Shown here: one piece after another, positions 1 to 13,029 of the stretch
Numbering within the stretch: the stretch's first letter is position 1
Layout of the letters: the number at the start of each line of letters is the position of its first letter
Source: Mobula hypostoma
Taxonomy: Eukaryota
Direction: 5' to 3'
Length of the DNA stretch: 64,000 nt
Assembly (NCBI RefSeq): GCF_963921235.1
Contig: NC_086097.1
Span: forward strand, 149,236,001 to 149,300,000
Program-made: the position numbers and the translations under genes
Notes under the pieces: model-generated
What the model was told of the DNA's origin: nothing
The model's database searches: none
The model's input: only the letters and a program-made list of their open reading frames with translations

Positions 1-947
1 CAGTATGACCTGGCTGACTACGAACATTGAAAAACTGCCTAACTCTGTTGCAGAGGGATTTGCAATGATGAGGAATAAGATGCCCCCCCCCCCGCAGTAC
101 TTTTCACCGTCACAATACCAGCCTCACAGCCACTACAATAGCTATACATATGGACACACAGACCCCTGGGTGGCCCCACCGACATCTTCCCCACTCCCAC
201 AGAGGGGTCACCCTGGAAACATTTCCTACAGCTATAGTCTCTTCATTGATGAAAGGGACAACAGCTACAACGAAATGCAATAAGGCTTGTTACTGGGCAA
301 AAGTGAAATTTGCTTTTACCTCATTTGTTTGCCTTTACTTTTGCCATGTCTTTCTGTATTATTTTGCTGTAGTTAACATGTGCAATAAAACGAGTTACTG
401 GGCAAAAGTGATTTTATTTTTACCTGAGTAAAAGTGAAACTTACAATTTTCCTTTATTGGCCTTAATATTTTCATGTCTATGCCAAACATAAGCTAATAC
501 TTAAAAATGACATTTTGGAAGTACTGACAATTGCACCTATTGAATGTATGCACAAGCAATACATTAATAAAGCACCTTGTTAAATGTATAAACATGTCTG
601 CATCAGTGTTATCTTGTATTTCCATACAATGTTACATTAGGCTGTTACACATCTATTGTCAGATAATGTTGTTGTGGTGCTGGAGGTTGCATTCAAGAAA
701 ACAGTGAAATGCCGCGCTGCCGCCACCATCTGTTCCGGCACGTCATGACAGCGTTTTTAAAAAGCTCCGGTTACCCCGTACACAGTACAACGCCTAACCG
801 GCGTTTTCAGATTTAAACACTCTGGAGAACGTTTTAGAAAAGCTCTGTTTTCAGGGGAGGAAGATGCAGTTTCAGTGTGGACAGAGGGTCAAAACGAAGG
901 GAAAAAGCTTCAGTTATGGATTTATCCGGTCTAGTGTGGCTGTAGCC
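1..947. mobile_element. One end of a PIF/Harbinger-type DNA transposon
   Basis: Ends TAGTGTGGCTGTAGCC (Harbinger-like GGCTAC..CCACACTA terminus) followed by TAA target at 948-950. Subterminal cgttttcag/cgttttt repeats; low-complexity ORF tail at 5-283. Confidence 0.6.
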
Positions 948-2660
948 TAAATCAGAGGCTATGCCTCTGGGGAATCTGCAGCAGGTACCTGACACTCAGA
1001 GTGTTTTCCTTTTTAAATGGTCGCAGACAGGTTTTGTTTACTTAGGCATATTTATCACACCTACGTTTGATCAATTGTTCAAAGCTAACTTTACACAGTT
1101 ATTTGACAAAATCAAACAGGATCTTGAGCGATGGAGCGCTCTTCCCATTTTTTGGCTTGGCCAAATAACCTTGCTCAAGGTGAACATTCTTCCTCGTCTG
1201 CTCTACCAATACGAATGATTCCAGTCATTTTTACCTAACAAATACTTAAAAAAATAAATGGCTCGTTTGTTTCTTTCATCTGGAACAAAAAATGACCCTG
1301 TATTAAAATGTTTAAGTTACAGCTTTTCAGTAGTCTAGGGGGTCTGGATTTTCCAGACATCAAAAAAATATCACTTAAGTTCCTTTTTATCTTATGTGGT
1401 TGACTGGGTTTGCAGGGACCCCTCCTCAGTTTGGCTAGACATTGAAGCTTCACAAGCAAAATGCCCTCTGATTAATTTGTTTTCCCTCAATAAGATGAAA
1501 CTAGTTAAGGAATATTGGCGCAATCCAGTAACAATTAATACAGTCAGGGCTTGGAGGGCGGTGCGACAAATTGAGGGCAACGCAGCGAAAATATCACCCT
1601 TCACTCCAATAACCGGCAGTCCAGATTTTCAGCCTGACATAATGGATTCTGGATTTAAACTTTGGATTTCTAAAGGTATTTTCCATCTAGATTTGTTTGA
1701 TGAAGGAACGATGATGTCTCTTAGTCAAATAGTACAGAAACTTAACATACCCAACAAGGATCTTTTTCATTTCTTTCAGATAAGAGATTATATACAGAAA
1801 AAAAAACATCATTGTTAACTGCTTTCTATAGTTCCAACATAAAAAAAGAGGGTGTTTTGTTCGAAGGGTGAAGTCTCCATCAGTACTTCTTACAGCATCC
1901 TGAGGGAATGTTCTTGAGAGGCTGAGCAGCTGGGAAGGGTCTGGGAGGAAGAGCTGGGAGTAGAAATTGCAGCTGAAACATGGGAAGACATCTGTGATAA
2001 TGCAAAGAAAATTTCAGTTTGTAATAGAACTAAAGCATTGCAACTCAAAATTCTGCATACAGCCCATCTGACTCCAGATCGTCTCTCGAAATTTAAGACG
2101 GGGGTTTCTCCAATGTGTTCTAAATGTAAAGTAAATACTGAAACTTTCACCCACTGTTTCTGGACTTGTCCCAAACTTCAGGCATACTGGAGTGATATTT
2201 TGGGTGAAATGGAAAAGATTCTGAAGATGGAGACCCAGTGTCTTTTCTCTTTGGCTTACTCAGCAGTCGTATTATTAATGCACATCTGAAAAAAAATTTT
2301 AACATCCTGATTTTTTGTGCGAGGAAGAACATTTTACTTTGTTGGATATCTGATAAGGCCCCTGGACTTTTTGGTTGGCGTAAATTAATCATGGAATACA
2401 TTCCTTTGGACTTTTTGACATGTATGGTACACTGAAAAACAAATAGCTTTCATAAAACATGGCAACCTTTTCTGCAGTATGTAGATGCAAACCTATCTGC
2501 TATACTAATAAGGGCTTTTGCATAGGATGTTGGGGTGGTGTCTATATTTTGATGGAAGTGTTCTGATAGTTGATATCTGTGAGGGGAAGAAATGTAAATA
2601 TATCTGTAAATTGGGAGTTTTGTTATGCTGAGCAAAAAAAAATTAAATTTAAAAAAAAGA
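948..2660 (+). mobile_element. L1/Tx1-type LINE, 3' part of ORF2 with 3'UTR (decayed)
   Basis: Fragments KSEAMPLG, YLGIFIT, DLERWSALP, LKVNILPRLLY, GGLDFPDI and the C-terminal CSKC…ETFTHCFWTCPKL knuckle; frameshifts; A-rich tail at about 2635-2660. Confidence 0.88.
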
Positions 2661-2664
2661 AAAC

Positions 2665-3995
2665 AAGAGGATACCAGAAGTTTTTTTTTCAGATAGTCAG
2701 TTTTTAAAAAAAGAGTAGATATTGGAAAGCTGAGAGTGAATATTGGACCACTGGAAAATGATACTGGAGAGGTAGTAATGGGGGGGCCAAAGAAATAGCG
2801 GATGAACTTAGTAAGTATTTTGCAACAGTTTTCACTATGGAAGACACTCATAGTTTGCCAGTTTATCAATGATTTGGATGAAGGACTTGACGGTTTTCTG
2901 GCTATGTTTGCAAGTGATGCATGGAGGAGCAGGCAGTGTTGAGGAAGTAGAGTGTCTGCAGAAGGATGGGCAATGAATGGCAGATGGAATATAGTGTTGG
3001 GAAGTGCATGGTCATGCACTTTGGCAGAAGAGATAAAGGCATGGATTTTATTCTAAATGTAAAGAAAATTCAGAAATTGTAGGGTCAAAGATCAAAGTAC
3101 ATACTGTATGTCGCCATATACAGCCCTTAGATTTGTTTTCTTGAGGGCATACTCCGTAAATCCAAGAAATATAAAAGAATTAATGAAAAACTGTACCCAA
3201 CAGGACGGACAAACAACAAATGTGCAAAAGACAACAAACTGTGCAAATACAAAAGAAAATAAATAAATAGATATTGAGAACATGAGACAAGAAGTCATTG
3301 AAAGTGAGACCATAGATTGTTGTAACAGTTCAGTGATGGGGTTCGTGCAGTTATCCCTAATTCTTCAAGAGCCTGATGGTTGCTGCAGGGTTCCCTAAAG
3401 GTTAACTTACAGGTTGAACTGGTGGTCAGGAAGGCAGATGTAATTTTACCATTCATTTCAAGAGGACTAGAACACAAAAGCAAGCTTGTAATGCTGAGCC
3501 TTTATTTGGCATTGGTCAGATTGCACTTGGATTACTGTGTACTGTTTTGGGCTCCTTATGTAAGAAATGATGTGCTGCAATTGGAGACAGTCCAGAGGAG
3601 GTTCACCAGAATAATCCCAGAAATGAATGGGTTTACATATGAGGAGCGTTTGATGGCTCTGGGCCTATATCTACTAGAGTTTAGAAGAATGAGAGGGGAT
3701 CTCATTGAAATCTATTGAATATTGAAAGGCCTAGATAGAAGGGATGTGGAAAGGATGTTTCCTGTAGTGAGTGAACCTAGGGTAGTGAATCTGTGGAATT
3801 CATTGTCATGGATGACTGTAGAGGCCAAGTCAATGGATATATTTAAGGCAGAGGTTGATAGGTTTCTGATTAATCAGGGTGTCAAAAGTTACAGGGAGAA
3901 GGCAGGAGAATGGGGTTGAGAGGGATAATAAATCAGGCACAATGGAATGGTAGAGCAGCCTCAATGGACCGAATGATCTCATTCTGCTCTTATGT
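2665..3995 (+). mobile_element. Fragmented CR1 LINE 3' region, with an unrelated insert at about 3091-3380
   Basis: LVRLHLDYCVLFWAPY…LETVQRRFTRIIP…RRMRGDLIE, RVVNLWNSL and a typical CR1 3'UTR. Confidence 0.85.
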
Positions 3996-5800
3996 CTATC
4001 AAATCTCTATTCATTTTCCTATGCTTCAGGGAACAAAGTCCTAGCCTATTCAACCTTTCACTATAACTCAGGTCCTCAAGTCCTAGCAACAGTCTTGTAA
4101 ATTTTCTCTGCACTATTTCAATCTTATTCACATCTTCCATGTAGGAAGGTGACCAAAACTGCCACAATACTACAAATTAGGCCTCACCAGTGTCTTATAC
4201 AATTTCTACATAACATTCCAACTCTTGTATTCAATGCTTTTTGATTTATGAAGGCCAGTGTACCAAAAGCTTACTTTATGACCCTATCTATCTGTAATGC
4301 CACTTTCAAGGAATTATGGTTGTGTATTCCCTGATTCCTCTGTTCTACTACAGTCCTCAGTGCCCTACCGCTCACCATGTAAATCTTACCATGGTTTGTC
4401 CTTCCAATATGCAACACTTCACATCTGACTGCAGTAAATTCCATCTGCCATTTCTCAGCCCATTTTTCCAGATGGTTTAGATCCCACTACAAGTTTTGAT
4501 AATCTTGCTCACTGTCCACTATATCCCCTACCTTGGTGTCATTCACAAATTTGCTGGTCCATTTTACTAGCTGATCATTGATATAGATGACAAACAACAA
4601 CAGATCCAGCACTGTTCTCTGCAGTTCAACACTAGGTACAGGCTTCCGGTCAAAGGGGCAACCATCTACTACCAGTCTCTGGCTTCTCCCATGAAGCCAA
4701 TATCTAATACAATTTACTACCTCATCTTGAATGCCAAGTAACTGTACCTTCTTGACCAACCTTCCACGTAGAATCTTGCCAAAGGCCTTGCTGAAGTCCA
4801 TGTAGACACCATCCACTGCCTTGTCTTCATTAACTTTCCTGGTAACTTCCTTAAAAAGCTCTATAAGATTGGTTAGACACAACCTACCACACCCAAAGCC
4901 ATGTTGACTATCCCTAATCAGTCCCTGCCTATCCAAATACTTATACATATGATCACTTGGAATACTTTACAGAAACTTACCTACTACTGATATCCAGCTC
5001 ACCGGCCAATAATTTCCCAGCTTATTCTTGGAGCGTTTCTTAAACAACAGAACAACATTCGCTATTGTCCAATCCTCTGGCACCTCGTCTGTGGCTAAGG
5101 ATGTTTTAAATATCTCTGCTAGATCCTGTCCTTTAACTTAGCACCTAACTCCCTAAACTGACTTTACAGGACCTTGTCATCCTTCCTACCCATGCCTTTG
5201 GTACTGACATGGATCACGAACTCTGGCTGCTCATCTTCCCTCTTAAGAATGTTGGGGGCTCAATCCAAGATGTCCCTGACCCAGGTGACAACATCCCATT
5301 TGGGAATCTCATTCTCCGCCTCAGAGCCTCCTGTCTGTTCCCCAAACCAATAAATTCCCCATCACTACAGCTCACCTATTCTTCCCCCTTCCCTTCTGAG
5401 CCATAGAGCCAGACTTAGTGCCAGAGATCTGAACACTGTGACTTTCCTCTGCTAGGTCATCCCCTCCAAACAATATACCTGTTATTAAGGGGAACGGCCA
5501 AAGGTGTATGCTACACTGGCTGTTTACTTCTTTTTCCCTTTCCTTATGGTCATCCAGTTACCTGCGTCATGTAACTTGAGTGTAACTTCCCCATATTGCC
5601 TGCCAAGCAACCCCTCAGCCTCCCAAATGATCCAGAGTTTCATCCAGCTCCAGATCCAATTGCTTACAATGGTCTGCAAGAAACTTCAGTTGGATATACA
5701 TCTAGTAGGTGTACTTATCAGGGGCACTGGAAGTCTCCTTGTCTTCTGATATTCCACAAGAGGAGCATTCTGTTATCCTGTCTGGCATCCCCAATGAGAG
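3996..5800 (-). mobile_element. CR1 LINE fragments (RT region plus upstream sequence)
   Basis: ORFs 4487-4948 (SQHGF…CLTNLIE…VYMDFSKAFGK) and 3979-4167 (QFWSPSY…VQRKFTRLL). Confidence 0.8.
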
Positions 5801-5964
5801 AAAGAGAATTAAATGAAAAAAAAATCTACCTACAGCCTCAGCCTCTCCTTGCTGAAGCCTCTATGAACCAAAGCCAGACTGTAACATTGGCCTGCTCCCA
5901 CAATTACCGCTCCACTTGCATCTAACCTCTTTTTATTGTCCCTTGCCAAGAGCCTAATTACAGA

Positions 5965-6260
5965 CAATCCAACGTCTCCAAGGGAACTGTGCAGGCATAA
6001 TGTTCTGACTGACCTGCTCACTTCTTTTGAAATCTCTCTTCTGCTACACACAATCTAACGTCTCCATGGGGACTGTGGCAGAATGTCCTGACTCTGTTCC
6101 CCCCCCCCCAACTTGTTTGTTTTGAAATCTCTCCCCGCTACACACAATCCAACCCCTTCAAGGCAACTGTGGCATGCAAAATGTTCCGACTGCCTCTTGC
6201 TCACTTGTTTTGAAATCTCTCTCCCACTATGTAAAATCCAACTTCTCCAAGGGAACTGTT
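5965..6260. repeat. Degenerate tandem repeat, unit about 86-94 bp, about 3.3 copies
   Basis: Unit caatccaac.tctccaagggaactgt…aatgttc.gactg…ctcactt.ttttgaaatctctc…ctacaca recurs at 5965, 6051, 6145 and 6234. Confidence 0.8.
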
Positions 6261-7849
6261 TTCCTAGAACTTATGAGAAATGCTCTCTCATGCAATTCAA
6301 ATATTTTACAGATGTTTCCTCTGAACTGCTTGACTTCTCAAGGTGCAAGTATTTTCAAATCACAGTTGTGCTACATATTATAAACTGCTCTGATCTTGGG
6401 ATGTCTTTTCCTCCGGGAAACCTCATCGCTGGTTTGTTTCTCTTACCTTTAGGTTTCCTTGCAGCACAGCCCTGTTTCTTGACCTCATGGTCACCTTGGT
6501 AGGTTTTCCTGTAATTGATAGCATATGTCCTGGTATTTTACTTACATCTTGATGCAATACCTACTTCACTCGTTGGCCAGCGAGCAAATACACACCGACC
6601 TGAACAGCTAGCACTACAAATCCCTGTCTATCAAAGAATGCCTTTGCTACACTTTTAATGGTTCTGAGTGTATCCCCTTCATTAATATCATCCACTCTCA
6701 TTGTGAACCCACTGCTGAGGCATAAAATCAAACAGTGCAGAAACAGCGCCTGGTCCACTGCGATAGGTGTACCAAGTCATACCCATTCCACCTATCTGCA
6801 CTAGTCCCATTGACACAAATCAGGTCCATACCTTGGCCATGGCCAACCCATGTTATTTGAAGATAGCATATACCCACTGACTGCTGTTAAATCTTCCTTC
6901 AGTGCTATCAATATCTTAAGCGTGCTATTCTGCACCAAATCACTGCTTTACTCTCCCAGGAAGGGCTAGTTTTCTCTTCTTCCCAAGTCTCACAATCTCT
7001 GTAAGATGCATTATTGTCCAACTTCATCTGCATTGGTTCTAATGTACAAAATCATCTGCACATCGGTCATCACACTGTGCTTCATAGATAGATTCACTGA
7101 TTCACTGCACCCTCATCCTGATCATACTTTCTTTCATTGCCCTGAATAGTTACAATGTAACCATTCAGCTACTGTTATCGATAGTCATCTTGATTACACT
7201 GAAAAATATACCCCTTTCCTGTAAATGTCTGCTAGCTGGAAGACTCCATGGCAATTCTCAAGCCAATCTGACAGGACTGTGTATGGCTTCTAGATCACCC
7301 TCCCTTCCCAAGTCTCTGATCCTTTCCACACTTGATTGACTCAATGTAGTCTACCATGATCATTGATGCACTTTCATTGTCCATGACAATGAAAGGCAGC
7401 TGTAACCATCCATTTCTATTGTAGACTCGGCAATTCACATCCACTTACTCGGAAGTTTACTTCTACAAATATATGTCCAGTTCCATCTCAACAGAAAATA
7501 ATGGCAGTATGTCAGATCCATGCCCTGTAATTGCTGCAGGATTAATCTGCATAATTATCACAGTCAATGTGTACTAATTGTGTTGTCCTTAATGCTCTTC
7601 AATTGTCCATTAGATAGCATTTTCATTTCCTCTATATATGATTCTACCTTACACACATGATCTCGGTGAGACTGTTCAATAAACTTACCTCTTTGTGACT
7701 GAACTATTTGGAGACTACCATCTTTAGAGGCAGTTAGCTTTTTGAGGACATGAGCTCCATACAATATAAATTGTGTCTTGATCAAAAATGTCTCTCAGTT
7801 TCCAGTAGCCACTATGTGCTGGTAGCTATTCTATGTACTCTCTCAAATG

Positions 7850-8080
7850 TTACTATTATCATCATTATGCCCCATATCATATGACATAGGTGATCATGGT
7901 CTCATGACCATGATAATTCATGGCAAATTTTTCTGGAGAAGTGGTTTGCCATTTGCCGCCTTCTGGGCAATGTCTTGACAAGATGGGGTGACCACAGCCA
8001 TTATCAATACTCTTCAGAGATCATCTGCCTGGCATCAGTGGTTGCATAATCAGGACTTGTGATAGACACCAGCTGCTGTA
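7850..8080 (-). mobile_element. RTE-type 3' tail / RTE-dependent SINE fragment
   Basis: Reverse strand reads gaagg…aatggcaaaccacttc…ttgcc…catgg… then an (ATG)-like tail, resembling BovB/RTE 3' ends. Confidence 0.5.
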
Positions 8081-8119
8081 TACTTCTGTAAAATAGTTTT
8101 TCATTCACCAGTCCACACA

Positions 8120-8355
8120 CAATGGTGGCACGGTCGTTTAGCAGCTAACAAGCCGGGTTTATTTCCCGTCACTATCTGTAAGCAGTTTGTATGTTCTCCC
8201 TGTGACTGTGAGGCGTTCCTCCAGAGTTCTGGTTTCCTCCCACATTCCTAAGATGTTCAGGGTGGTGGTGGGTTACATTGGTGTAATTGGGTGGCCAGTT
8301 CTCATTAAGCTGGAAGGATGTGTTACCATGCTGTATCTCTAAACTAAAAATAAAC
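8120..8355 (+). mobile_element. tRNA-derived V-domain SINE (HE1-like)
   Basis: ggtggcacgg head and gtttgtatgttctccctgtgactg…ctggtttcctcccacattcc V-core. Related copies at about 17010-17215 (+), 26290-26560 (-) and 40170-40420 (-). Confidence 0.65.
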
Positions 8356-9166
8356 AATGAGGCATTGCTCATTCTAAGCAAGTCTGGAAGTTACACTTTT
8401 GCTAGTACTTTTACCCTGACCAACTATCCGCCAACCATTCCTCTTGTTTTGATTGCACAAGTTTCTGACGGCATCAGATTAAAATGGTCTCTAGGTTTTT
8501 GCTATCACCTCAATTGGACCTCTTCTGTAATTTGCAATGCCAGTAGACTGGCCAATTTCTTACACATCTCCGGCTATTATATTGCATCTTTTGTCATTTT
8601 TTTTGTATGTGTGCTTCCCAAGATCTCAATAACGCTGTCTTTCCTTTACAAAGATTTCCACATATTCCATCCATTCCAAATACAGGTGGAATAGCAGAAA
8701 GCATTTGTAGCTTTCAATCTCCTTCAAGTATCAAACACTACCTGCTTTCATCATCATTGCTCTAGAGAACTTCATCTCATCAGACAGATCATTGTTCTGC
8801 TACAAGCATAAGCAAATACACAGTATTGGATTTCTGTGTAGAATATTCTTAATTGAAAGTAGCAATTCACAACTAAACCACAGTGCACAGTGTCTAAATA
8901 TAGCATTTTTATTGTAACATAGTTACAATATGCATTGTTAACTGAGCTCAATGTGTGGGCTACAAGTGACCTCAAAGGTGATGTAAAATCAGCCGATATT
9001 CTACGTCCTAATCATTAATCGGAAACTAGTAGTAGAAATGGCTTCTAGTTGCAGATTGCAGGAAAATTTGGAACTTTTGAAAAATGAAATTAGGAAAATA
9101 ATCAAAATGGAATATTAGAAAAATCACCTTTTTGTTCTTTCTTCTTACATTTTATTTCTGTTCCAG

Positions 9167-9328
9167 CGGATAATGGACTGAATCCCGTCTGGCTTTTCAA
9201 GCAATTTGTCTTTGATATCAATAATCCTGAGTTTGCCTTTTTGAAGTTCATTGTGTATGATGAGGACATGTTCAGTGATCCCAACTTCCTGGCCCAAGCA
9301 ACTTACCCAGTGAAAGGACTTAAAACAG
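9167..9328 (+). CDS. PLCG1: Phospholipase C-gamma (PLCG1/PLCG1-like), internal coding exon, C2 domain
   Basis: Acceptor ttctgttccag, donor ACAG|gtaact, 162 nt. Translates [54 protein letters not shown], matching the PLC-gamma C2 domain and closer to PLCG1 than PLCG2. Orthologue versus paralogue is unresolved. Confidence 0.93.
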
Positions 9329-11014
9329 GTAACTAGTAGCCCATTAAGCAGAAAATTATTTAACTTTACTTAGTAAGATGAGTATTGTTTGTGCAGAAAG
9401 TGTATCCACTGTCAACATGAAGCGTACCTGGATCAAGTGCATCATGAATTGGACATGAGAAATTGTCCCTCTCCTTTGCTCTACTCCCAGGACCAAAGTC
9501 TAATTTTAAGCTGACACAAGAAACTGCAGAATCTAGAATCTGGAGCAAAGCAACTAAATGCTAGAGGATTCAGCAGGTCATGCAACATCTGTGGAGGCAA
9601 AGGGATACTTTACTTCTCAGGTCGAGACTGATTCAGAGTTGAGACTCAAAAACAGAACTAACCCATTTGCGTCCACAAATGCTACTTGATGTGCTGAATT
9701 CTCCTGCTGTTTGTTTATTTTTTGTAATTCTATGCTCCTTGTCCCAGGGTACTGCTGAAGAGATCCAAACAGGATTCAATCTACTTGTTAAAAGTTTCCT
9801 GTCACTGACTGAGCATGACTGTCAATGAAATATGGGATGTTTTATGAATTTGGATCACTACAATATTTGGATCTTAGTCCAGTCACAAATGGCACCAGTA
9901 GAGAAGCCAGTGCAGTACTTTTCCTACTTAATGGATTCAATAATTCTGTCTGATCCCAACGCTGAAATCCAGAAATCAGTATTTTTCAGTGAAAAAGAGA
10001 ACACTGGGAGAACGCAGCAGGTCAAGTCAAGACCCTGCCAGGAACGTCAACTTGTACCTTTTGTCTCCACAGATGCTGCTTGACCTGCTGAGTTCATCAG
10101 CGTTCTGCTCTTTTTCTTGTTCCAGATTTCAGCACCTGCAGTTTTGTTGACTTAAAGTATTTTATTTAAACTTTAACAGCCATGTATTCAAAGGGAATGT
10201 GTCATTGAAGTAACTTCAGTCCATGCAATTTTCCCCCCACTTTTTAATGACTCTATCTTTTTGGTTTATAAGTTATATGCAATAGATGTAATAGATGTTG
10301 AAACTATAGGATCTCTTCACAATGAAAATCTATCCTGTGTTCACTCTCTGTATGAAGGAAGATGACATTTCCTCTTATATCATTACACCTAATAATCACA
10401 GAGAGACATTTATTAATACATTCCATCTCTGAACCTTTAAAATTTATCCTCAAACTATCTCGAGACCATCTGCCCAGTGCTGGCACAGCGCACCACATCA
10501 TGGCCAAGTATGGTTCCAAATTGTTCTGGTCTCTATTAATCGGGGTCATGCGCTCATTCCATTCAGTCTCATGATGGTAAAAAGAATATTGACCATGAAT
10601 TTTAGCTTCTAAGATAAGGGGTTACATTACTGATGTGTTGATACCTACATTGCAATGATAGATATAACAATTGAGACCTTCACAGAAAGGCAATCAGAAT
10701 TCTCACATCCATTCAACAGTTACCCATGGAATCTATCAGTCATTTGTCCTTGAGCTTAAATAAAATTGCAATATTAAATCTTATGATTGCAATGAAGCTA
10801 GCCTATTGAATTATGTACTGTCAGCCTTTAAACCTCAACTATTATATTGTCTTCCATCTTCCTGTTCTGAATCTGGCATTAAATGATGGGCTGGGTTCCC
10901 AAACTTTAGCTGTGTACGTTGCAATTATTTTGTATATTTCTGAACTGGTTTGGTAGTATCTATCTTAAATGCCACTTTATCACAATGAATGTCAGAATGT
11001 CATTCTTTCTACAG

Positions 11015-11103
11015 GTTACAGATCTGTGCCCCTGAAAAACAGCTACAGTGAGGAGTTAGAGCTGGCCTCTTTACTTGTTCACATTGAGATTGTAAATGCA
11101 AAG
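11015..11103 (+). CDS. PLCG1: Phospholipase C-gamma coding exon, end of C2 domain
   Basis: Acceptor ctttctacag, donor AAG|gtaaat, 89 nt, phase-compatible with the previous exon. Translates GYRSVPLKNSYSEELELASLLVHIEIVNAK. Confidence 0.93.
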
Positions 11104-13029
11104 GTAAATCATTGTTTTGGACCATAGAAGATACAATTGGATAATGCTGGAGTAGCTCAGAGATAAATGGATCTTTAAAAAGACTACGTAATCAGAAATA
11201 TTGGCCAATTACTATTCATCCAATTGAGTCATTTCAATTTTACTCAATCATTTAACATTTATGGTTCATGTGTTATTAATTCATCTATTAATCATATCCA
11301 TTAGAAGTTTTATATATTTTGTCCTTCATAGTTATTCCATGTGGGGAACCGAAGTTGACCCTGTCCTTAGAACAAAAGGAAATGTTATACCATTGTCATT
11401 CAGGTGTCCAACCACAATGTGAGTGCCCAAAAGCAGGGACCAGGAGTGTAACTTTACTTGTGTTAATTTATTCAGCAATACGTCTTTATACAGTCCTTTC
11501 CAGAAAGATATTTAACTATTTGATCCAACTCAACTGGAAGATTCTTCTCCAAAATGTAATAATGATATGCAGTTGTTCACAGATAAGTAGTTACCCATAG
11601 AAATTAACCACTATAGTTACCAGAGTGCCTTGCTATTTAATTTAATTAATGCTATCTAATTTAATTACAGGGTAGTAAGTCCACACTCAAAACACCCATC
11701 ACTAATACTTACATGCCCTTGTTCCTGAAGTCTATAATCAATAATCGATAGATAATGCGCATATCATCACAATTGAACTGCAGCTTAAGCATACTGTTTA
11801 ATGCTTATAGACAGCATAGGGAACACTCTTCACCTTTTGGTTAATTTGCTGAAGGAGAAGGCTTTTCTATAACCTACGTGAAAACGGTAGTTTATTTTTA
11901 AAAGAATAGTAACTGTTTTTCTGATTCAACCGTCAACAATGATTTCTAAGGAAGTAATCAGGTACAGGAGATGAATCATTGCCCATCTTTTCTATCACTA
12001 GGTGCACTCCATTCCTTTCCTTTTCTGCTATGTGTTTTGGACATTATGATATCACTGCAGCAAGCATCTTGGTACTCTTGACCTGTAGCTATTTAGGAGT
12101 CAAGCTGTTAAACTATTTATTTTAATTTTACTGTATGTTAAGGATTCAAAGTTATTTTTTCACATGATGCTTCAGCTGCTCATTATTTCAAAGGTGTAGT
12201 GAAAATCCAGGATTAAGCCATTGTTCATGACTGGCACCGACAAAGCTGTCGTAACACTCTTTCTTAAAATATAATTATTGCATGTGATGATGGCATTTAT
12301 ACATCTCATTTCCCAATCCTGAAAAAAAGGGTGTAATCGTGTTCTAAGTAGAAACGTATTTTAGGGTATATTCTCACCATTACATTTTAATGTTTTTTCC
12401 CCTGTATACTGAGAAGATATAAAATGGTCAAATGTCCTTCCACATTTTCGAATCTGGATCTACTGACCTTCTTTCGGATATCCCTGAATGATTTGCATTT
12501 GTAACTTCTGCCCCATGTTTTCATTCTCTCCAATGGCAGAGATGGGGAATATTCTGAAGTCACCTCCCCACCTCTTTGCCTTTTTCTGTGGATCCGCTTT
12601 GATAGTTTGAGTGATTTCTGACCTTTAGCAGAAGGGACCAGAGGTGCACAGGAAACAGTTAAAAGGAAACTCTGCAAAAACATTGCAAGAAATCAGTCTG
12701 CCTACACTGTGAGTATAGCAGTGCTTTAAAACAGAAAGTTGACCTATTTTCCATCCCACACACACAAAAACCTGCAACCTGCTGCAAGCAATGTAACTAT
12801 TTACTCCTGGATAGTATATTTAGCAAAAAAATGGTTTTTTTTATCATATGCATGGAGATTCATTCCATACTGCTTTGCTCTATCAGTTTCGTTTAACATC
12901 ATGGAATGCCAAGAAGTCCTGCTCTTTGTAGATCTCAACAACTCAATCACATCAAGAAAAGATCTGCCTAAAATTAAATGCTAGTATATTGACAAGTCAA
13001 TACCCACCCAATGGCCTGTAAAGTAGATC

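Noticed and set aside
2450..3019. 189-aa minus-strand ORF and similar ORF-track entries (e.g. 23453-23848, 32122-32562, 63029-63493)
   Set aside because: Antisense or low-complexity frames across TE sequence, not genes.
5965..6260. CRISPR-like repeat-spacer array
   Set aside because: Whole units are homologous with no unique spacers, there are no cas genes, and the context is a vertebrate intron.
6900..7790. Ancient Gypsy gag/protease remnant on the - strand (…LQLPFIV…)
   Set aside because: No catalytic DTG/DSG motif, LTR or continuous frame could be supported by eye; needs a profile search.
12410..12490. Alternative mammalian-type PLCG1 tail exon (NGQMSF…)
   Set aside because: No suitable in-frame acceptor, early stops and negligible similarity.
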